A DNA stretch of 64,000 nt from Pseudovirgaria hyperparasitica (Eukaryota): NCBI GenBank assembly GCA_010093815.1, contig ML996578.1; one strand, written 5' to 3'. The notes below the pieces were generated by a model. That model was not told where the DNA came from. It saw nothing but the letters and a program-made list of their open reading frames with translations, and searched no databases. Of this stretch, positions 58,526 to 64,000 are shown in pieces. Within the stretch, counting starts at the first letter, position 1. Every line of letters begins with the position of its first letter. The translations under genes were made by a program, and so were the position numbers.

Positions 58526-60739
58526 ATGTCTCTGTTCGGCGGCGATGACATCGATGCGCCGTCGCAAGATGTATCGATGCACGATGCTTCTGCATCAGAT
58601 GCGGGTTCAAGTTTGAGCAGTACCAGTGAACAAGACTTCGCTGGCCAGTCGTATGCCCGACAAGAAGCTCAAGAAGAACATGGTGACGACATCAGCGATT
58701 ACGAGACTGAATCAGACGCCGAATATCGTGGCCGGCCAAACGCGTACAAAGGACACGCCGAGACCTGGCAAAGGTATACAGCTCAAGATCGCGCAATCTA
58801 TTCCGGACTCCAATTTGTGCGAGCAGATGATCTTAGTGCGCATCTATATAACGCGTTCGCACTTACGTACAGGTTCAGGAATGGCGAAGACTTTTCCGAA
58901 AGCCTAACAAATCTGCGGCATAAAAGTCTTTGGATCGCCGCAGAGCAGAGAAAACAATGGACTCCCCCAAAGTGGTGGACACAGTGGCCTCTTCCACCAG
59001 ATTGCGTTCCTAGTGCCAAGGAGGTTTATGGTAGAGGAGGCGGCAGAACCGAGAAGTTCAACCGGACTTCACCTCACGAACAGAGGAACTTGGCATATGG
59101 AGATCTCATTGAGATAATGCTAGGTCATTTACTGCGAATGTCGAGGGAAATTTGGACAAATCGTGTCTGGGACGTGGATGAGACCGAGCATAGAGCACCC
59201 AAAAAGCGAAAAACACTGTCTGACAAAGCGAGCCGGCTCAAAATCTCCAGTAGTGGCGCTGAAGATGAATATCACTCTGCATCGACATCTTCTGAGGGTT
59301 CCAAAAATCGACTAGATCAGGAATCTGACAGTAGCTCAGATTCCGCTTCCAGCTATTTCGCACCTCCTCGTCCACAGTCACAAGCAATAGAACGTGATCC
59401 CTTTGGTAGCAGTAGCTCCGAAGATGAACCACATGACGTCCAGCCTGTTGATTCAATGGATAGTGCCAATGAAAGTGGCTTTCGTGCTAAATCTACACGT
59501 ACACGGTCTCGATCTGCCACGACCCGTCGCTCTGCTCGCTCGGATACTGAATTCATGTCAACCACACCTTCTGGATCTCGAACTGGCACTCCTGTTCCAC
59601 CGCACTTTTCCAAGCCAGAGATAATGGCAGATGAAGAGAAAGCACGACAAATTCTACAGCCATCTATAAATTCTCTGATATCGAACCTGGACCGTCTTCT
59701 TTGGGGTCTTGATCTGTCATATCACACCAAGACTCAGTCCGCACGCAGGACTGGGGCTTCTGAGCAGCCATTGTTCGAAGACCAGTATCAACTAGACCCT
59801 GATCTAACATCAGCTCCGGACCCCAAAGCGAGTTCAAGCAAGACGCCGAGGAAAAGAGGTCGACCTCCCAAAATGAAGCCTATTCCTGACCCAGCCGCAT
59901 CGCCAAAGCGTGGAGGAGGAAGACCATCAAAATATCCCAAGCCTCTCCCTGGAGAGTCCTACTATATGATGAAGAAACGTGTCCATAGAGAGCGGGCTCA
60001 GATAAGAAGCGACATCATCGGAGAGCCAACATCATCAAGACCTGCGTCTCCTTCAAACACAGTACCCAACCGCCAGGCTCAAGAAGCACCTCAGCCCATA
60101 CCAATGCCCGACCCACAAAATCCATCGCCTTCACGGCCAACCTCACCCCATTCCTCCGAGCCACCCAGCCCCAGCTCAAAGAACCATCCCAAAACGCGAG
60201 ACTGGAGCGAGGTCCTCGGCGTAGCTTCGCTCTGCGGCTGGAACGAAGCCGTAGTTGCCCGCGCAGCAGCACGATGTGCCAGTCTCTTCGGCGAAAGCAT
60301 GGCTTTCAGAACCCTGCACGAAAACACCAAGATGGGCGACACAGAAGAGCCATTCCAGTACCACGCAGACATCATACCCGCGTTCGGAGAACTCGAGAGC
60401 AGTTCCGATGAAGCCACCACAAGTAAAGGGCACAAGATGAGGCGCAAGTCTAACACTACTGTCCGTCCTCGTCTCGATCCACACTCGCCATTTTGTCCTC
60501 ATGAGGAGTGCTATGCTCATACGCGAGGCTTCCGGAATCACTACGGCGTGATCGAACACCTGATGAAAGTCCATGCCTATGACCCCAGGGAAGATGCGGA
60601 TGTACAGTCTTCCGAGGTGGAAGGTGGAGTACATGTCGACGGCTATATGAAACCTGTCTGGAAGCACAACGACGAAAAGGCAAGGCCGAACAAAACGACC
60701 CCGAAGAAGGAGCCCGTGCGGAGTGGAACTACAGGATAG
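58526..60739 (+). CDS. Rrn9-domain protein (Pol I upstream activation factor subunit-like) with AT-hooks and a C-terminal C2H2-like finger
   Basis: DDLSAHLYNAFAL...WTPPKWWTQWPLPP matches the recalled Rrn9 motif; KRGRPPK; CPHEEC...HLMKVH. Confidence 0.75.
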   Translation: MSLFGGDDIDAPSQDVSMHDASASDAGSSLSSTSEQDFAGQSYARQEAQEEHGDDISDYETESDAEYRGRPNAYKGHAETWQRYTAQDRAIYSGLQFVRADDLSAHLYNAFALTYRFRNGEDFSESLTNLRHKSLWIAAEQRKQWTPPKWWTQWPLPPDCVPSAKEVYGRGGGRTEKFNRTSPHEQRNLAYGDLIEIMLGHLLRMSREIWTNRVWDVDETEHRAPKKRKTLSDKASRLKISSSGAEDEYHSASTSSEGSKNRLDQESDSSSDSASSYFAPPRPQSQAIERDPFGSSSSEDEPHDVQPVDSMDSANESGFRAKSTRTRSRSATTRRSARSDTEFMSTTPSGSRTGTPVPPHFSKPEIMADEEKARQILQPSINSLISNLDRLLWGLDLSYHTKTQSARRTGASEQPLFEDQYQLDPDLTSAPDPKASSSKTPRKRGRPPKMKPIPDPAASPKRGGGRPSKYPKPLPGESYYMMKKRVHRERAQIRSDIIGEPTSSRPASPSNTVPNRQAQEAPQPIPMPDPQNPSPSRPTSPHSSEPPSPSSKNHPKTRDWSEVLGVASLCGWNEAVVARAAARCASLFGESMAFRTLHENTKMGDTEEPFQYHADIIPAFGELESSSDEATTSKGHKMRRKSNTTVRPRLDPHSPFCPHEECYAHTRGFRNHYGVIEHLMKVHAYDPREDADVQSSEVEGGVHVDGYMKPVWKHNDEKARPNKTTPKKEPVRSGTTG

Positions 60740-61184
60740 ATACCCCAATAGAGAACGAAAGGCGGCGCCTCTGAATAAGAGATTTCGAGTCGCTAATCGC
60801 GCGATTTTGTACATGCCAACATGAACCTCAGTACATAAAAGCAACACAAGACATCAAGCTGAGTTAATAACCGACGACACTTTGATCATGAAACGTGTGT
60901 AACGAAGCACGACTCGTGATTACGCGCTATCTACCAAAGTTACGCCCCCTTCCGAAGCATGAGATAGTACATCTCTCTATAATTACAGCCGTCGCTAAAT
61001 TTCCCAAGAACTCCGCAGACCAAAACATCCATGTCCAACAGAAAACCCAAATACACCCATTTTTTGTTTGCTTTTATGACGTATGAAAAGAAGATGGAGA
61101 CTCCGTGTGTGTGTGTGTTGACGGGGATACTGCCCCTCGGTGGTTTTCTATATGCTGGTTCTAGGAACCCCCTGTCTCTCTCAC

Positions 61185-61893
61185 TCAAGCATCCTCGTAC
61201 TTGTTGAACCCAGCGCCCGCCTTACGGTTCTTGTACCAGCAGGTAGGCAGCAAGACGGAAGAAGTAGTAAACAAGATACTAAAGCTGTCAGCCAAGTCTC
61301 CAACCATCTCCACAACAAGACAATTCTTACCAGAGCGCGATACAAAGACCCCAGATAGCCTTGGATTCGAGGCAGTTCGCCTTCGTGGCCCCAACCCAGG
61401 ACGAGAGGTCAAGCTTGCTGCCCATTGTGTTGAGATTGGACGTGATGGCCATGGCAAAGGCCCAGGCGGACTGCGCATCGACCTCGGCGGAGGCATTGCC
61501 AATGACGTAGCAGTTGAGGTAGGAGAGCGGCTTGCCGACGGTGACGGCGCAGACGATGAATGCAATGAGAAGGAGAGAGTCGACGCCGGTCATGACGAGC
61601 AGGCCGAGGTTGGCCTCGGACCAGAAGAATGCAACGCTAATAGCACAGTAAAGAGTGGCGAGACATGTCTGGTTTGACTTGTCAGTAGTTGTCTAAATTG
61701 TGAGACGGGGGATCTGGCTTACGATGCTGAGTGTGCCCACAATCTCCTTGGGCGCCTCCTTTCCTGTCGTGACGATGTTGTTGACAAAGTTGGCCGTCAT
61801 GCCAACTATGCCGATCATAGCCACGACCTGGAGAGCACGGGTGGCCAGGAAAGTCTTGCTCAGAGGAGCGGCTCCGTAAGATGGGACAGGCAT
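61185..61893 (-). CDS. MARVEL-like four-TM membrane protein, two introns
   Basis: Spliced MPVPSYGA..FLATRALQVVAMIGIVGMTANFV...DSLLLIAFIV...CLESKAIWGLCIAL-CILF; four hydrophobic segments. Confidence 0.8.
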
Positions 61894-62917
61894 GATGGAC
61901 AAGAAAGACTGTGGTCTGACAAGTAGGCAGAGCTGGACGATATCTGAAGAGACTGATGTGCTGGAAGGCCTAAGAGAAAGATTGGATGAGATCTGCCAGC
62001 AGAAGAGAACGTATGCGCAGACAGGGCGACAGGAATGAATGCAAGGCAAGGAAAATTTCAAAAATGAAAAAGAAAAAGGGAAGAGACGAAAAGGACAACT
62101 CTGTTACAAGTTGCAAGTGTAAAGCTTGATGCAGAAGAGACTGGCATTGCAGTGCGAGTCTGAGAGCTCTTAAATATCACATGGTTTTCTGCGTACGGCA
62201 CAGTCTCTCGAACGGACCACAGAGATCCAGCCAAAATTCTATTCTTGTTCAATGGTCAATCGGTTTCATCGAGCATGAGTAAACGCTGACTTTTCCAATG
62301 AGATGCAATTCATCGTGAATGTATGTTTTTAGGATGCCGAAGCGCTGACGGGAACGGCCAAGCGCCTGCAGGGACTCGATTTGACCAGCCAATGGGAATG
62401 ACTCCACCGGAACTTGTCGTACAGCACCATAATAAGCGCCAGCCAGCCACACGGAAGATCGACTGAGTACCGTGAGTTTATCGTACAAGATCTGGATCCC
62501 GGATCGTTTCAAGTAGAGCCGCAGTCGCTCTGCGAGGTACCACAAACGGTTGGCATTGTTAGCAGGCGCTGAGGCTTGTCGAAGAGCCTCAATCTGTCCC
62601 AAGCGCGAGGGTAAGATGCATAAGCCAAGCTGCCCTGAATTTCTAAAGGAAGCCTTCAAACTGAGGCAATCGACACAATCCATTTTATACAGAGGTTCAA
62701 TCTACATGATGTTAAAGAATTGCACATGCGACCGAATGCCGCTTGGTAATTACTTAAATAGATAGATGTGTTTGAAAGTTACAGCCCGGCCCTAAGATAC
62801 CGACTCTCACTAATTAATACACTAATGCACATATAATAAATACGTGATAATTACATTTATTTATGCGTAAGCGCAAGATAGTACACGTGAAAAGGCATAA
62901 AAAGGACAAAATGATAA

Positions 62918-62998
62918 TGACAAGAGTGGGACTTGAACCCACGCATCTTTCGATACTAGCACCTGAAGCTAGCGCCATAACCACTCGGCCATCTTGCC
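62918..62998 (-). tRNA. tRNA-Leu(CAG), intronless, long variable arm
   Basis: Acceptor GGCAAGA/TCTTGTC plus A73; D arm GCCGAGTGGTTATGGC; anticodon stem CTAGC/GCTAG with loop TTCAGGT; variable arm TATC-GAAA-GATG; T arm GTGGGTTCAAGTCCCAC; T-runs downstream. Confidence 0.95.
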
Positions 62999-63416
62999 AA
63001 TGAATGGAAAACAAACGTCGGGTAGATTATATACTAGGCCGTGTAATCGCTTTTCAGACCATGACATTCTGTGTCGATTCCGACTCAGGCGCTTTGGTCT
63101 TGGGTATATCAATGGTCTCTATAGTGGTTTTAAGGTAGTCATGTAAATATAAATGCACAAGGTCCTTTTCTAAGTGTCATCTCGGAATACTGTTAGAGCA
63201 GCTATAGCATACTCAAGGAGAATGACTTCAGACATATGTACTTAGATGATGATGATTATGGACATGGGTACCCGAAAATATGCTTATCAAGAGACGTTGA
63301 CCTCCTACGCCCGCTTGTTGACGAAGTGCAAGATGTAAAACTTTGTGCAAAAAAGAAACTCCCGCTCGCGGCCTCAAAAGGACTTTTATCGAAAAGGTCG
63401 AATGGCACAAGATCGC

Positions 63417-64000
63417 TCACTTGCTACGTCCTCTATCGTCCATGTGCGTACCGTTGGACCCATTAGTTGATCCATAGTTTGCCAACATGGAATCTGTCGC
63501 AGTCGGCATCAGGCTTTCGCGTTCCTCCGCTGCCTGTGCGCGCTCTTCCAGCCCTTCCCGCCCAATCTTCTTACTCTTCCTCCAAACGTATCCTACAAGG
63601 ATGATACCGATGATGAATGCCACGCCCAATAAGACAACATTGACCGGAACCGGGTCGTCGTTGAACACCTCGTGGGTGAGAGCGTCGAGACCTGACTGGG
63701 CAAAATTGAGCACGCCAGCCAGACATATAATCAACCCATACACCTTTCCAAAAGTCGTGAATCCGAAGACTTTCGCAGCGTAATCAGAGACAGTAGTGTA
63801 ATAAAGCGGGCGGTAGACGACGAAGAGAACAACATTAGCGTAAGCAGCCCACATATGCGGTATAACGCCCAGCACGCCGATAGAGGTAGCAATCACGACG
63901 AGCACAGAGAGGCAGAACTTGGTGCTTGTGTTGTCAAGAATAATCCCGATGAACGGGACGGCAATGACACCTCCTAAGGGAAGTGCAACATCAAAGAAAT
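63417..64000 (-). CDS. FMP42: FMP42-like MFS transporter, C-terminal part (gene continues beyond the window)
   Basis: FDVALPLGGVIAVPFIGIILD, YRPLYYTTVSDYAAKVFGFTTFGKVYG. Confidence 0.8.
   Translation of the reverse strand, partial: FFDVALPLGGVIAVPFIGIILDNTSTKFCLSVLVVIATSIGVLGVIPHMWAAYANVVLFVVYRPLYYTTVSDYAAKVFGFTTFGKVYGLIICLAGVLNFAQSGLDALTHEVFNDDPVPVNVVLLGVAFIIGIILVGYVWRKSKKIGREGLEERAQAAEERESLMPTATDSMLANYGSTNGSNGTHMDDRGRSK

Noticed and set aside
62918..62998. tRNA(CAG) as a CUG-reassigning Ser or Ala tRNA
   Set aside because: Has A73, U33 and G37 with a Leu-type body; nothing suggests a code change

Overview
Gene-dense, intron-containing genomic DNA of a filamentous ascomycete (Pezizomycotina, probably Dothideomycetes; inferred from GT-AG introns with CTRAY branch sites, RIP-like TpA-rich DNA and gene content). 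About 22 protein-coding loci and one tRNA-Leu(CAG) are supportable. Most are conserved housekeeping or metabolic genes: Zn2Cys6 TF, JIP5, EDC4/Pdc1-like, class II DAHP synthase, HYPK-like, BRCT protein, tyrosinase-like, PTH11-like receptor, GH28 exo-polygalacturonase, forkhead TF, cactin, MsrA, enoyl-reductase-like MDR, kinesin-8, BTB protein, amidase, MSH6, Rrn9-like, MARVEL-like and FMP42-like MFS. The least explained part is the first 8.5 kb: a RIP-degraded relic followed by two tandem, strongly diverged paralogues that share an unnamed ~150-aa domain behind Q/N-rich low-complexity N-termini; one is intronless, the other has two introns inside the domain. Other oddities are repeated sharp C/A-to-G/T strand-skew inversions, a repeat/fold-back spacer at 32.5-33.4 kb, a single-base frameshift in the BTB gene, a NAGNAG acceptor choosing between Cys and a stop, and a GC-AG intron in MSH6. 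All calls come from reading the sequence and recalling family motifs; no database searches were run.
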